DNA of 64,000 bases from an uncultured Gammaproteobacteria bacterium (GCA_964635715.1 CAZWNZ010000001.1:248122-312121), one strand, 5' to 3'; counted from the first letter of the stretch, positions 21,974 through 31,900 are shown. Made by a program: numbers and translations. Notes: generated by a model from the letters alone, not told the origin.

Positions 21974-24109
21974 TCAAACCCCTTTTCTTGCCCAATGCTG
22001 TCTACTGGCTGCAATAACTTTTTCTTTATTTTGATTACTTGATATAGGCAAGGGGAGGGTGGTGGAAACAAAAGGTCTGGTAATCTGTCCGTCAATCGTC
22101 ATCTTGGTAGCAATCTGGTATTTTCCAAGATTGATCAAATCCTGTGCAGTGAAAACTTCGGCAAATTCTTTATTTAAAACGTCCGCGTCGTTTGCTCCAA
22201 CAGCAAAAGTCATAACAGTACCCGCATTTCCCAAAATTGCCCTTGTCACTTCCTCAGGAATCTGAGCCATGTATTGATTGGCAAGCATGATATCGAGTCT
22301 GTACTTTCTGGCCTCACTCATGATTTTGATAAAAGATCCTGTGGCAAAGTTTTGGAACTCGTCGACATAAAGATAAAAATCCCGCCTCTTTTCCTCATCC
22401 ATAGAAACTCTGTGCATAGCTGCAAGCTGGAATTTGGTAATAAGCATGGCGCCAAGAAGAGCCGCATTGTCCTCTCCAAGCCGACCCTGAGAAAGATTGG
22501 CAAGTAAGATTTTCCCGCCGTTCATAACATCATCCAGTTTAATTGAGCTTTTGGGCTGACCTATGACGCTTCTGATGAGAGGTGAGGCAACAAACTGCCC
22601 GACTTTATTTAAAATAGGGGAAATTGCCTCTTGTTGTAATTTCTCCGGCATTTTGTCAAACTCGTTAACCCAGAAATTTTTCAAAACTTCATCTTTAAGC
22701 TCCATTTCCACTTTGGTTCTGAAAGCTTTATTAGTTAGGATTAAAGGAACATCTTTCAGTGTTGAATTCGGAACTTGTGCAAGAGTTGAAAGGGAATTGC
22801 GAAGCACATATTCCAGTCTCGGGCCCCAGGAGAAGCCGAATATTTTATTGAAAATTGAAACAATTCCGGAAACCACAAGCTCCGCCTCTTCTTTGTTGGT
22901 TACCTCCAGGGGGTTAATTACAACGGGGTAGTTGATATCTGCGGGGTTAAAATAAATAACGTCATTAATTCTATGCTTGGGAATATAGTTTAAAATAATG
23001 TCGCAAAGATCTCCGTGAGGATCGATTATGGCCAAACCGCGATCTTTCTTAAGATCATCGATAGCCATATTGGCAATAAGAGTGGATTTACCTGTACCCG
23101 TTTTTCCGATTGCCCAAATGTGACGGCGCCTGTCAATATCTTTTATACCGAAAATTGTATCCTTGTTCTTAAATACAGTCTTGCCAAAGAAATTGACATG
23201 AGCGCGTTCTTCTTCACGGGTTGTGATTGCGTTCGGAAGGTTTTCAGGAGGTTCGGATAAAACTTTTGTGCCCCAAGCAATTCCTGTCGTTTTAATTTTT
23301 TCGGAAGGTAGATGCCATAGGGTAGCTAATTCTAATATGTTTAGGATATTGTTATCGGTTACTCGCCTTAAAAGAGTATTCTTTGAAACATTTGACGAAT
23401 TACGAATCTTGAATAATGAATTATGAATAGTGGAAAAATGGTTTGCATCTGCTCTGTTGAAAACTCCAAAAGCAGAACAAAGCTCTGTTAGGTATTTCTT
23501 CGTATTGTTTACCAGGCGAATGGATGTCTTAAAACCCGGGTAAGAAATTTTCTCAGTTATTATGTTTTTGTCCGATCTTGGCTGATAAGTTCCATCCTCA
23601 TTTTTGGTACCGCAATCGGCATAAGAAGCACCTTGCGACTGCCATTTAGTACTGATTGCCTCAAGAGCTATTTGGATCAAAACAACATCAGTTGGCTCAA
23701 CTTTTGATAGAACTGAGAGGACGGAAGAAAGAGGGTCGACATCTGTAAACTTATCATAAGTAGCAATAGGATAAAAATTTCCTTTCGAAAGCTTCAGCTC
23801 TTTAATGTCCAAGTTTGTGGCCTCCGCCAGCGGGTCTGCGACTTTTTCAATAACGACAAGTGGGTAGTTGCTTTGGATTTGAGCTTCCAAAAAAGGAACT
23901 AAAGAGGGATCACAAGTTATCAAAAATCTGATTTGTTGATTTACTGAGGCTATTTCAAGAGATAGGGATAAGGATTCTGTTCCAAGAAATTTTTGGAAAT
24001 TGGAGACGCCATTAATTTGGGTTAGAGCAGAAAGAAAAGTCTTCGCTGCTTCAGGAGTAACTTCCTGATTTCTTGGAAGCTTCAAAAAAAGTGTAGTAAG
24101 CTCGGACAT
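21974..24109 (-). CDS. VirB4/TraC-like type IV secretion ATPase (FtsK-HerA superfamily, DUF87/AAA_10-like)
   Basis: Walker A IGKTGTGKST; IIDPHGD; Walker B LYVDEFQNF followed by the ARKYRLDIMLANQ motif typical of VirB4/TraC; 711 aa, no TM. Confidence 0.65.
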   Translation of the reverse strand: MSELTTLFLKLPRNQEVTPEAAKTFLSALTQINGVSNFQKFLGTESLSLSLEIASVNQQIRFLITCDPSLVPFLEAQIQSNYPLVVIEKVADPLAEATNLDIKELKLSKGNFYPIATYDKFTDVDPLSSVLSVLSKVEPTDVVLIQIALEAISTKWQSQGASYADCGTKNEDGTYQPRSDKNIITEKISYPGFKTSIRLVNNTKKYLTELCSAFGVFNRADANHFSTIHNSLFKIRNSSNVSKNTLLRRVTDNNILNILELATLWHLPSEKIKTTGIAWGTKVLSEPPENLPNAITTREEERAHVNFFGKTVFKNKDTIFGIKDIDRRRHIWAIGKTGTGKSTLIANMAIDDLKKDRGLAIIDPHGDLCDIILNYIPKHRINDVIYFNPADINYPVVINPLEVTNKEEAELVVSGIVSIFNKIFGFSWGPRLEYVLRNSLSTLAQVPNSTLKDVPLILTNKAFRTKVEMELKDEVLKNFWVNEFDKMPEKLQQEAISPILNKVGQFVASPLIRSVIGQPKSSIKLDDVMNGGKILLANLSQGRLGEDNAALLGAMLITKFQLAAMHRVSMDEEKRRDFYLYVDEFQNFATGSFIKIMSEARKYRLDIMLANQYMAQIPEEVTRAILGNAGTVMTFAVGANDADVLNKEFAEVFTAQDLINLGKYQIATKMTIDGQITRPFVSTTLPLPISSNQNKEKVIAASRQHWARKGV

Positions 24110-24243
24110 ATTTCTATTATATATGGTTAATGGCTAATGGTTAATGGTTGATGGTTAAAGAATGATTGTGGAGCCTGTACCATAGATATCTAATTTCTAG
24201 ATACTTTTGATTGGCAAGGCTCCACAATGAGGAGGGGGAAATA

Positions 24244-24405
24244 TCTATGTTAAAAAAATAATTGCTATCACCGCAATCAGGATAACAATTGCCAATATGA
24301 TGCAAAAAACACCCGACCTTTTGAGTGATTTTATGAGGCACGCAATAAAAAAAATTGCGGCCAACGAAATTAAAACGGCGGCCGGGTTGAGTATTCTTCC
24401 TTCCA
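24244..24405 (-). CDS. small two-helix membrane protein (possible VirB2/VirB3-like), not in the ORF track
   Basis: AGGAGG RBS upstream of MEGRILNPAAVLISLAAIFF...; sits directly upstream of the VirB4-like gene. Confidence 0.3.
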
Positions 24406-24417
24406 TTTTTCCTCCTT

Positions 24418-24925
24418 TCAGCCAGTTTTGATTTGGTAGATTTTGTAACCCGAGCAGACTTTTACTAGAATATCATCCGTTTCCGGGCCGTGGGAACATG
24501 TGTCGGAAACAACAACCCAGTCAGGGTGTTTTTTGAGTTCTTCCTCATCCCTTTTTGTTATCTCGACCCTGATCTGACAGAATCTCCAGCTACAACCGCA
24601 TGTGATTTCTGACACTTTTCCAACCCACCTTTCTTTGTTTTGTTCAAAAAAAGATATGAACTTTATTATTAGTAGGACAACCCATGCACACGACATTTAG
24701 CCACATTCCATAACGGCTAATTTTATAGGTGAAGGTATTTCCCCGCCACTTCCGCAATCTCTCGTTCAACGTTTTTTCGAGGGATTCAATATTTTCTTGA
24801 CTGAGCACAACCATGTTGCCGTTCTCGTCATGAAATTTAAAAAATTTTTTATTGCCAGGATTCATTCTTGTACAGTATTTGATTGTGTCTGTACAACAAC
24901 AAGATCTGATGGGTATAGCTACCAT
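24418..24925 (-). CDS. Cys-rich hypothetical protein split into two overlapping frames (frameshift or pseudogene)
   Basis: ORFs 24644-24925 and 24418-24696 overlap by about 50 nt in different frames; strong GAGGAGGAG RBS at 24930. Confidence 0.3.
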
Positions 24926-25146
24926 TTTCTCCTCCTCTTTTAATTTTTAGGTACCTTCCAAAAAGCAAATTTTTTGAAATTGCTGCAAGTTTACTATTAT
25001 GGGGTAGGGAAGTCAAACTGGGTTAGTAGCTAGTGGTTAGTAGATAGGAGGCGGAGACAAAATTTGAAAAATGCACATAAGTAAAGAACAGTGAATTTAA
25101 CACTGTGGCTAACAAATCAACCTTATGTTAAAATATGCGTCGATGG

Positions 25147-25218
25147 GGGTGCGTGGCTCAGTGGTAGAGCGCGTTCCTGATAAGAACGAGGTCCATGGTT
25201 CGATCCCATGCGCACCCA
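25147..25218 (+). tRNA. tRNA-Ile (anticodon GAT)
   Basis: Cloverleaf folded by hand: acceptor GGGTGCG/CGCACCC, D arm GCTC-AGTGGTA-GAGC, anticodon loop CTGATAA, T arm CATGG-TTCGATC-CCATG. Confidence 0.9.
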
Positions 25219-25325
25219 CTAAATCTTCTCGTTCGGCATTTCGTTTTGCTCAATGAAAGAACGAGGTTGGGGAATGATCCTCTTTCGACAGGCTCAGGAT
25301 CATGACATGCGCACCCACCAATTAG
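25219..25325 (+). other. partial duplicate of the tRNA-Ile 3' half, ending ...catgcgcacccacca
   Basis: gaacgagg and catgcgcaccca of the tRNA recur 90-100 nt downstream around an 8-bp hairpin (atgatcct/aggatcat). Confidence 0.4.
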
Positions 25326-25609
25326 TTTAATTAGTTTTCTTCAGCGGTACCTTTCTTCCTTGGCAAAAAACACTATACACACCTTTAAAGGTCCGACCTT
25401 GTAAGGTGTGTAAAATCTAGAGTAGTCGGTTTGATTCTATTTGAATTTAGGGGTAGAATCGGGGTGTTTTCAATTTGCGGAAACAAAAATTGTCAGGAAT
25501 TATTTCCTGTTTTTATTTATCGGCTATAGCCTTGAGCGTAGTCGAAAGGTACTTTAACTTTTCAATCAAATTCATATTCAATTCTTTTTCAGAATGAGGA
25601 GGGAGAAAG

Positions 25610-25873
25610 ATGAAAACAGTAATGAGGGTAATTTGGATGGTTTTTGTGTTTTTGTTTGGGGAGGTGATTTTGATAACTATTTTAGGAGATGCTTTCTACC
25701 TCTGTTTTTATAACCACCTGGAATCTATTCCAAAAGGATTTGTCTTTTTAGGTGTGATTTTGTGGGCTCTATCAACATGGTTTTTAGTAGATGAAATAAA
25801 AAAAATGTGGAAGTGTGACCTGAAAAATACTAAGGATTATGACAAGATTTTGCCCCCAAGCTGTTTTAGCTGA
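25610..25873 (+). CDS. small hypothetical membrane protein
   Basis: GAGGAGGGAG RBS; 2 TM. Confidence 0.3.
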   Translation: MKTVMRVIWMVFVFLFGEVILITILGDAFYLCFYNHLESIPKGFVFLGVILWALSTWFLVDEIKKMWKCDLKNTKDYDKILPPSCFS

Positions 25874-25885
25874 GAAGGAGAAAAA

Positions 25886-26149
25886 ATGTCTTTTTTGACG
25901 AAATTAAAAAACTGGATTGGTATTTTTTCCCTGCAAATAAAATTAGGAAAAATTACCAGAAACGTTCAGAGACTGGAACAAGAGCCAGATATTTCGCAGG
26001 GTATGTTGGGATATGCGGTATATCTGAAAAATCAAAAGGAAAAAATACTTGTCCAAATATCCAAGTTAGAGGAGGAGAATTATGGAAAAAATAACGGTTT
26101 ATTTAAACGAATTAAAGAAGAGAGAAAGCCTGATTTGTTGTCTGAATAA
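25886..26149 (+). CDS. small hypothetical protein
   Basis: AAGGAG RBS; operon with its neighbours. Confidence 0.25.
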   Translation: MSFLTKLKNWIGIFSLQIKLGKITRNVQRLEQEPDISQGMLGYAVYLKNQKEKILVQISKLEEENYGKNNGLFKRIKEERKPDLLSE

Positions 26150-26405
26150 TGTTTCCTGGGGAGAAGGATACCACTCAAAGACAGCTTTCGGCAAATCCGA
26201 ACGGGTATCTTTTCCGGGGGACACAAACCTTTATTGGTGGGCTTTGGTTAATGATCTTGGTGCCATGGTTTTTGGTGTTCTCGAAGAAAGAACAGATAAA
26301 ATCATTATTATTGCCAACTGTGATCTTTCGGTTCGGCAAAAACTAATGGATGTCTTGGCCAATGTCTTTAAGGCCCCAGTTTTTTCAACCATAACGATAA
26401 ATTAG
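26082..26405 (+). CDS. small hypothetical protein
   Basis: GAGGAGGAG RBS; overlaps the previous ORF. Confidence 0.25.
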   Translation: MEKITVYLNELKKRESLICCLNNVSWGEGYHSKTAFGKSERVSFPGDTNLYWWALVNDLGAMVFGVLEERTDKIIIIANCDLSVRQKLMDVLANVFKAPVFSTITIN

Positions 26406-26628
26406 GAGGAAAGATGAGAAAAAATATCGGAAAGATTATCGCATGGTTTGTTGTGATTTTGTTCACCCTTTGTGCGATAGGTTCACTGCTTTTGTTCTAA
26501 AAGATATTTGATTGAAATTGTTGGGTAGTAGGCGGGAGCCGATCTTTGTAAAAAGACCGGCTCTTTTTTTGGCAAAATTACTCTTACATTAGAAGGGTGA
26601 AATCACACAGATTTATAATTTGTTGGTC

Positions 26629-26657
26629 TTGACGCCCAAATCCATTCAGGATATAAT
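26629..26657 (+). promoter_or_regulatory. sigma70-like promoter TTGACG-17-TATAAT inside the rRNA spacer
   Basis: Perfect 17-nt spacing; lies upstream of ORF 26815, tRNA-Ala, 23S and 5S. Confidence 0.5.
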
Positions 26658-26780
26658 ACGCTTACCTTGAAAAAGGTAAATCTTTTGAGTTCGGAATTTT
26701 TAATGAGAATCAACTTAATTTCTAAAAAACAAAGCGCGGCCCTGCGTGGTTAACGGAAATTAGTATCTTCTTTTTGAATT

Positions 26781-26808
26781 TACCGGCTCAAAAGCCGGTT
26801 TATTTTTT
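26781..26808 (+). terminator. hairpin plus T-run (attenuator or terminator) just before ORF 26815
   Basis: ccggctcaaaagccgg followed by tttatttttt. Confidence 0.35.
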
Positions 26809-26814
26809 GTCAAA

Positions 26815-27057
26815 ATGAAACACCTGTCCGACAAAGAAAAACTGGAAGCACTTTACATAAAGATAAATGAGGCTGAAACTAAATATCGGGAACGTCTGAA
26901 AAACTTCAGAGGTGTCCCGCACGAATCAGCCATGGGTGAACTTAATTTTTCCGAGCTTAAGGTTCGTGAAGATTTTGTTCGCTCTCTGAGGGAAGAGATC
27001 TCGCAATTAGAGAAAAAACTGGGACTGTCTACAAAATTGTCTCCGCATTTTCCCTAA
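26815..27057 (+). CDS. hypothetical protein encoded inside the rRNA spacer
   Basis: 80-aa ORF. Confidence 0.3.
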   Translation: MKHLSDKEKLEALYIKINEAETKYRERLKNFRGVPHESAMGELNFSELKVREDFVRSLREEISQLEKKLGLSTKLSPHFP

Positions 27058-27064
27058 TAGGTGA

Positions 27065-27137
27065 GGGCTCGAAGTTTATCTGGCTGAACACCTCATTTGC
27101 AATGAGGAGGTAGGCGGTTCGACCCCGCCCGAGTCCA
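27065..27137 (+). tRNA. tRNA-Ala (anticodon TGC) with a G3:U70 pair
   Basis: Acceptor GGGCTCG/CGAGTCC (G3-T70), D stem GTTT/GAAC, anticodon loop TTTGCAA, T arm GGCGG-TTCGACC-CCGCC. Confidence 0.8.
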
Positions 27138-27170
27138 CAAAATTTTTGAGTAGTGGAATATACCGCCACG

Positions 27171-27213
27171 GGGCTTAAAGGTAACTAAGTAGGTTCGATT
27201 CCTACTAAGTCCG
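27171..27213 (+). ncRNA. tRNA-like minihelix (acceptor stem plus T arm only) with G3:U70
   Basis: gggctta-aaggtaactaa-gtagg-ttcgatt-cctac-taagtcc-g; no D or anticodon arm. Confidence 0.3.
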
Positions 27214-27706
27214 CATTAATTCTGTTAGCGCAGAATTCTAGAACGTTAAAATTTGAAGATTTAAGGTTTTTTTAAAATGTGTAGGTAAGTGATAGGGAAT
27301 TTTAGATGAAGAAGTTTTATATTTCTTTTATCTTTTACCCTTTATCTTTTACCTATTATTAGAAGAGGAAGGTCGCGTCCCAAACTCGAATTTATTCGAG
27401 TTGTGTGGGATCGCAAGTAAACAACGCAGACAGTGAATGCCTTGCTTTTCGTCTCCGAAGAAGGACGTACATAGCCACGAAAGTCGCCGGTTAGCTGCTA
27501 CGAAGCTTTGACCCGACGGTGTCCGAATGGGGAAACCCATCCCGCTTTGCGGGATATCTTGAGGCCAAAATGTTGACGCAAGTTAATATATAACTTTAAG
27601 TATGGAAACCACCTGAACTGAAACATCTAAGTAAGGTGAGGAATATAAATCAACGAGATTCCGCCAGTAGCGGCGAGCGAAAACGGAACAGTCTAAACCA
27701 TTGTGC

Positions 27707-27835
27707 ATAGCACAAGGAATGTCACACAAATAAATACCAATAAACCAATAAATACCAATTTACAATGGAAACATTTAGAATTGGGCATTGGTGCACATTG
27801 GTACTTATTTGAAATTTGGCGTTTCCTGCGCTGTG
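27707..27835 (+). other. 23S intervening sequence 1 (5' domain)
   Basis: The 22-nt block cacaaggaatgtcacacaaata is identical to the 16S insertion; shares taccaat repeats and ggaaac...gggcattggt. Confidence 0.6.
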
Positions 27836-28029
27836 CAGGATGGGGTTGTAGGACTCTAATGTGAGATCTCTATTTTAGTAGTAGAACAGTCTGGAATGGC
27901 TGATCAAAGAAAGTGAAAATCTTGTATACAAAACTAAAATAGGCTCTAGGAGTATCCTAAGTACCACGGAACACATATTCTGTGGGAATCCGGGGGAACC
28001 ATCCTCCAAGACTAAATAAGACGAAAGAG

Positions 28030-28066
<37 letters not shown>

Positions 28067-28656
28067 CTGAGTGAGACACTCAATGAAATAGAACCTGAAA
28101 CTGTTTGCGGTCAAACCGTGAGAGCTGGTCGTAAGACTGGTGATCGCGTGCCTATTGAAGAATGAGCCGGCGAGTTTTCAGTTACTTCTTATGTCTAACT
28201 CCAATTTGGAGGGAGGCGAAGGGAAACCAAGTGTGAATAGCGCGTTTGGAGTAACTGGAAGACCCGAAACTGGGTGAGCTAACCATGAGCAGGGTGAGCT
28301 CCGATGAAAATCGGAGGGAGGCCCGAACCCGTTGTCGTTGTAATGACATGGGATGACTTGTGGTTAGGGGCAATATACTTATCGAACCCAGAGATAGCTG
28401 GTTCTCCCCGAAAGGTCTATGGGGACCGTGGTCCGTCACGTTCTGCTGGTTGTAGAGCACTGGCTGGGTTGGAGAGCGCAAGCAATTCAATCTAATCAAA
28501 CTCCGAATACTAGTGTGAGCTATCGGACTAAAAAGCCGCATCGGGCTAAGCTGATGCGACGAAAGGGAAACAACCCTTGACTCTCAGTTAAGGCCTCTAA
28601 ATTACATCTAAGTTTGAAAGGAAGTTTTCTTTCTCAGACAGCCAGGAGGTTGGCTC

Positions 28657-28694
<38 letters not shown>

Positions 28695-28771
28695 TGGTCG
28701 ATTGAGAGGATGCGCCTAAGATTTATCGAGGATAAGATGTATGCCGAAGCTAGAGATATCCGTGCCTTGCA

Positions 28772-28874
28772 CAGGAATGATTAATAAATACCAATAAACC
28801 AATAAGTATCAATCTCCAATTAAAACTGGAATTGGGAATTTGGAATTGGATTATTTGTAATTTGTCATTCCCGT
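28772..28874 (+). other. 23S intervening sequence 2 (helix-45 site)
   Basis: Inserted between ccgtgccttg and agagcgcgggtgtggtaggggagcgttcc; aataaataccaataaaccaataa is identical to IVS 1. Confidence 0.6.
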
Positions 28875-30263
28875 GCAGAGCGCGGGTGTGGTAGGGGAGC
28901 GTTCCAATTGCGGTGAAGGTGAACCGGAAGGTTTGCTGGAGCGGTTGGGAGTGAGAATGTCGGCTTGAGTAGCGTACAATACTAGTGAGAATCTAGTACG
29001 TCGAATGTCCAAGGTTTCCACTGCAAGATTCGTTCACAGTGGGTTAATCGGTTCCTAAGGCGAGGCCAAATGGCGTAGTCGATGGACAATTGGTTAAAAT
29101 TCCAATATATGTGTTAAATCGAAAGATCCCGCAAGGGATGAGCTAGGGATTGACTGAGCAGGAGTTTTGAAGCTTTTTCGTGAAGTAGAGTGCAGAAATC
29201 GAAGTAGTTCTGACTGGAAAATCCGTCAGAATGTTTAATTAAGATGGTGCAAAGTTCTCCGCGAGGAGGGCGATTTCAAACGCTTCAGCTTACAAGAAAA
29301 GATTCGTAGCGAGAGTTAACATATGCCGTACCGCAAACCAACACAGGTGGACTGGGGGAGCACCCTAAGACGATCGAGAGACAAATCCTCAAGGAACTCG
29401 GCAAAAAAACTACCCGTAACTTAGGGAAATGGGTTGTCCAGCGCAAGCTGGATTGCAACTAAAGTTTATTGGTCGACTGTTTATCAAAAACACAGGCCCG
29501 TGCAAAAGCGAAAGCTGAAGTATACGGGCTGACGCTTGTCCAGTGCCGGTAAGTTAAGAGGAGGGGTGTTCTGAACTTGTTTCAGGATGCTCTGAATTTA
29601 AGCTCCGGTGAACGGCAGCAGTAACTATAACTGTTCTAAGGTAGCGAAGTTCCTTGCCAGGTAAGTTCTGGCCCGCATGAATAGCGTAACGAGCTAATAA
29701 CTGTCTTGAGGGTTTACTCGGCGAAATAGCGATGGCTGTGAAGACGCGGCCTACTTCCACATGGACAAAAAGACCCCGTGGAGCTTTACTGCAGGTAGAT
29801 ATTGCTTTCATATTTTTTGATTGTCTAGAATAGGTGGGAGCCGCAAGGCGATCTTGTAATACCACTCGTTGAGAAATGTGAGGCTAACTCAATTCCGATG
29901 GAAACTCGGAAGAGGAACGTGTTTGCCGGGCAGTTTTACTGGGGCGGTACCCTGCCAAATTGTAACGCAGGGACGCAAAGGTTGGCTTTCTACCGATGGA
30001 AACGGTAGTTTTAAGCGTAAAGGTTTAAGCCAGCTTGACTGCGAGGGAGATGTCCCGAGCAGGTACGAAAGTAGGTCTTAGTGATCCTCCGAAGCACAAT
30101 GGGTGTGCTCGGAGCTTAATGGATAAAAGCTACCCCGGGGATAACAGAGTAGTCGCGCCCGAGCGTCCATAGCGACGGCGCGGTTCGCTACCTCGATGTC
30201 GGCTCATCACATCCTGGCGCTGAAGAAGGTGCCAAGGGTCGGTCTGTTCGCCCGTTAAAGTGA

Positions 30264-30301
<38 letters not shown>

Positions 30302-30428
30302 ACTCTATCCTGTGGAAGCGTTGGAATCTTGAGGAGAGCTGGGGACAGTACGAGAGGACCTCCCTGGAGGAATCCCTGGTGTGCCGGTTATTGCGTCAGC
30401 AGTAACGCCGGGTAGCTATATTCCTAAC

Positions 30429-30464
<36 letters not shown>

Positions 30465-30600
30465 TCCAAGATTAGGATTCCATATTAAATCCCCCGTAGA
30501 AGACGGGGTTGATCGGCAGGCACTGGAAGATCTGTAAGGGTTTAAGGTAACCTGTACGAATAGATTGATTCTTGCGATCCCACACATGTGGGGCGCGACC

Positions 30601-30718
30601 TTCCTTTTCTACGAAATAGTACAGAGTACAGGAGTACATAGTACTTAGAAAAACAAAAAATCTAACGTCTTAGTCTCTGTACTTTTGTACTTTGTACTAT
30701 GTACTAGTTTCAAGGCAA
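30601..30718 (+). repeat. 23S-5S spacer with inverted arrays of the AGTACAN heptad
   Basis: agtacagagtacaggagtacatagtact on the plus strand and tgtacttttgtactttgtactatgtact in inverted orientation. Confidence 0.5.
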
Positions 30719-30840
30719 TGTTCTGGTGGTCAGTGCGAAGTGGCACCACCTGATCCCTTTCCGAACTCAGAAGTGAAACGCTTTAGCGCAGACGATAGTT
30801 TACGGGCAACTGTACGCGAAAATATGTCACCGCCAGAACA
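30719..30840 (+). rRNA. rrf: 5S rRNA
   Basis: gttctggtggt...ccgaactcagaagtgaaacg...cgccagaaca. Confidence 0.9.
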
Positions 30841-31018
30841 TTTTCTTGAAATAAATCTTCAGATTGCTATAAACCTCGAATCAAATCGAGGTTTTTTAGT
30901 GGGAAAAAAGGCGGCCTGCCCCGACACTTTTGCCCTTGCGACGCAAACACGTAGTATTTGGGAGCAAGTAAAAACAGTGTGGGGGATTTTTTGTGAAAAA
31001 ATATACTATAATAATCTC

Positions 31019-31900
31019 ATGTCTAAGAAGAGCTTGGGATTTTTAGCATTGGTGGCGGCGGCTATCATTTATTCAACCTTCGGCATTTGGATGAGACTAC
31101 TTGGAAGTGAGTTGGGAGCATATCAAACAACCGCACTAGCTAATATTTTTGCAGCAATTATTTCACTTGTAATAGTACTTATCCAGAAAAAGAAAATAAT
31201 TCTTGAAAAAGGTCTAAATTATAGAAACCTTTCACTATTTATCCTCGTTGTGCCTGCAGCTATTATCTTTTATAACTTTTCAGTCATGAATACTAAGGTG
31301 GCGACAGCCACTTTTGCACTTTACGCAGCTTCATTTATCGTCTCTTTCTTAGTTGGGAAGTTTATATTTAAAGAAAAAATATCCAAATTAAAAGTAATCG
31401 CACTGTTAATTGCTTTTGTAGGTCTTTCTTTTCTTTCGTTCCCATTTAGCTTTAATTTTGGTTTTTTGATGGGGCTTGCTAGTGGGGTAGCGGACACTTT
31501 TGCTAACAGTTTAAAGAAAGATTTGTCGGGAAAAATAGAAAGAATGTTTTTAGTTTTAGTTTCCAGAGTGGCTGCTGTTGTTGTGTCACTTGTGATGGTG
31601 GTGGGAACTGGAGAAAAATTGATAATTTTTTCGGCATTACCGTTAAAAACTTATTTAATAGCATTTCTTTTTGGCGTCCTTTTTGTGGGAGTAATTTACC
31701 TAACAATTGTTGGTTTCCAGTATTCAGATGTTTCGGTAGGGACAATAGTATTGTCTTCTGAGCTTTTCTTTACTCCAATAGTTGCATTTCTAGCTTTCAA
31801 AGAAATTCCGGTATCAACAGAAATTATCGGTGGTTTTTTGATATTGGTAGCAATGATACTTCCAAATTTAAGCCTACTAAAGAGAAAAACATCTTCATAA
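31019..31900 (+). CDS. DMT superfamily (EamA-like) transporter; start set at MSKKSLGF
   Basis: 10 TM helices in two 5-TM halves; the ORF-track start at 30692 would overlap the 5S gene. Confidence 0.6.
   Translation: MSKKSLGFLALVAAAIIYSTFGIWMRLLGSELGAYQTTALANIFAAIISLVIVLIQKKKIILEKGLNYRNLSLFILVVPAAIIFYNFSVMNTKVATATFALYAASFIVSFLVGKFIFKEKISKLKVIALLIAFVGLSFLSFPFSFNFGFLMGLASGVADTFANSLKKDLSGKIERMFLVLVSRVAAVVVSLVMVVGTGEKLIIFSALPLKTYLIAFLFGVLFVGVIYLTIVGFQYSDVSVGTIVLSSELFFTPIVAFLAFKEIPVSTEIIGGFLILVAMILPNLSLLKRKTSS

Noticed and set aside
27062-27215. tmRNA (because of G3:U70 acceptor stems and T-arms)
   Set aside because: The first element folds into a complete canonical cloverleaf with a UGC anticodon. 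The second has no mRNA-like domain between the acceptor 5' strand and the T-arm, being only 43 nt. It is therefore tRNA-Ala plus a minihelix and not tmRNA.
30692-31018. N-terminal 109 codons of ORF 30692-31900
   Set aside because: They overlap the 5S rRNA (30719-30840). The real transporter start is the internal MSKKSLGF at 31019.
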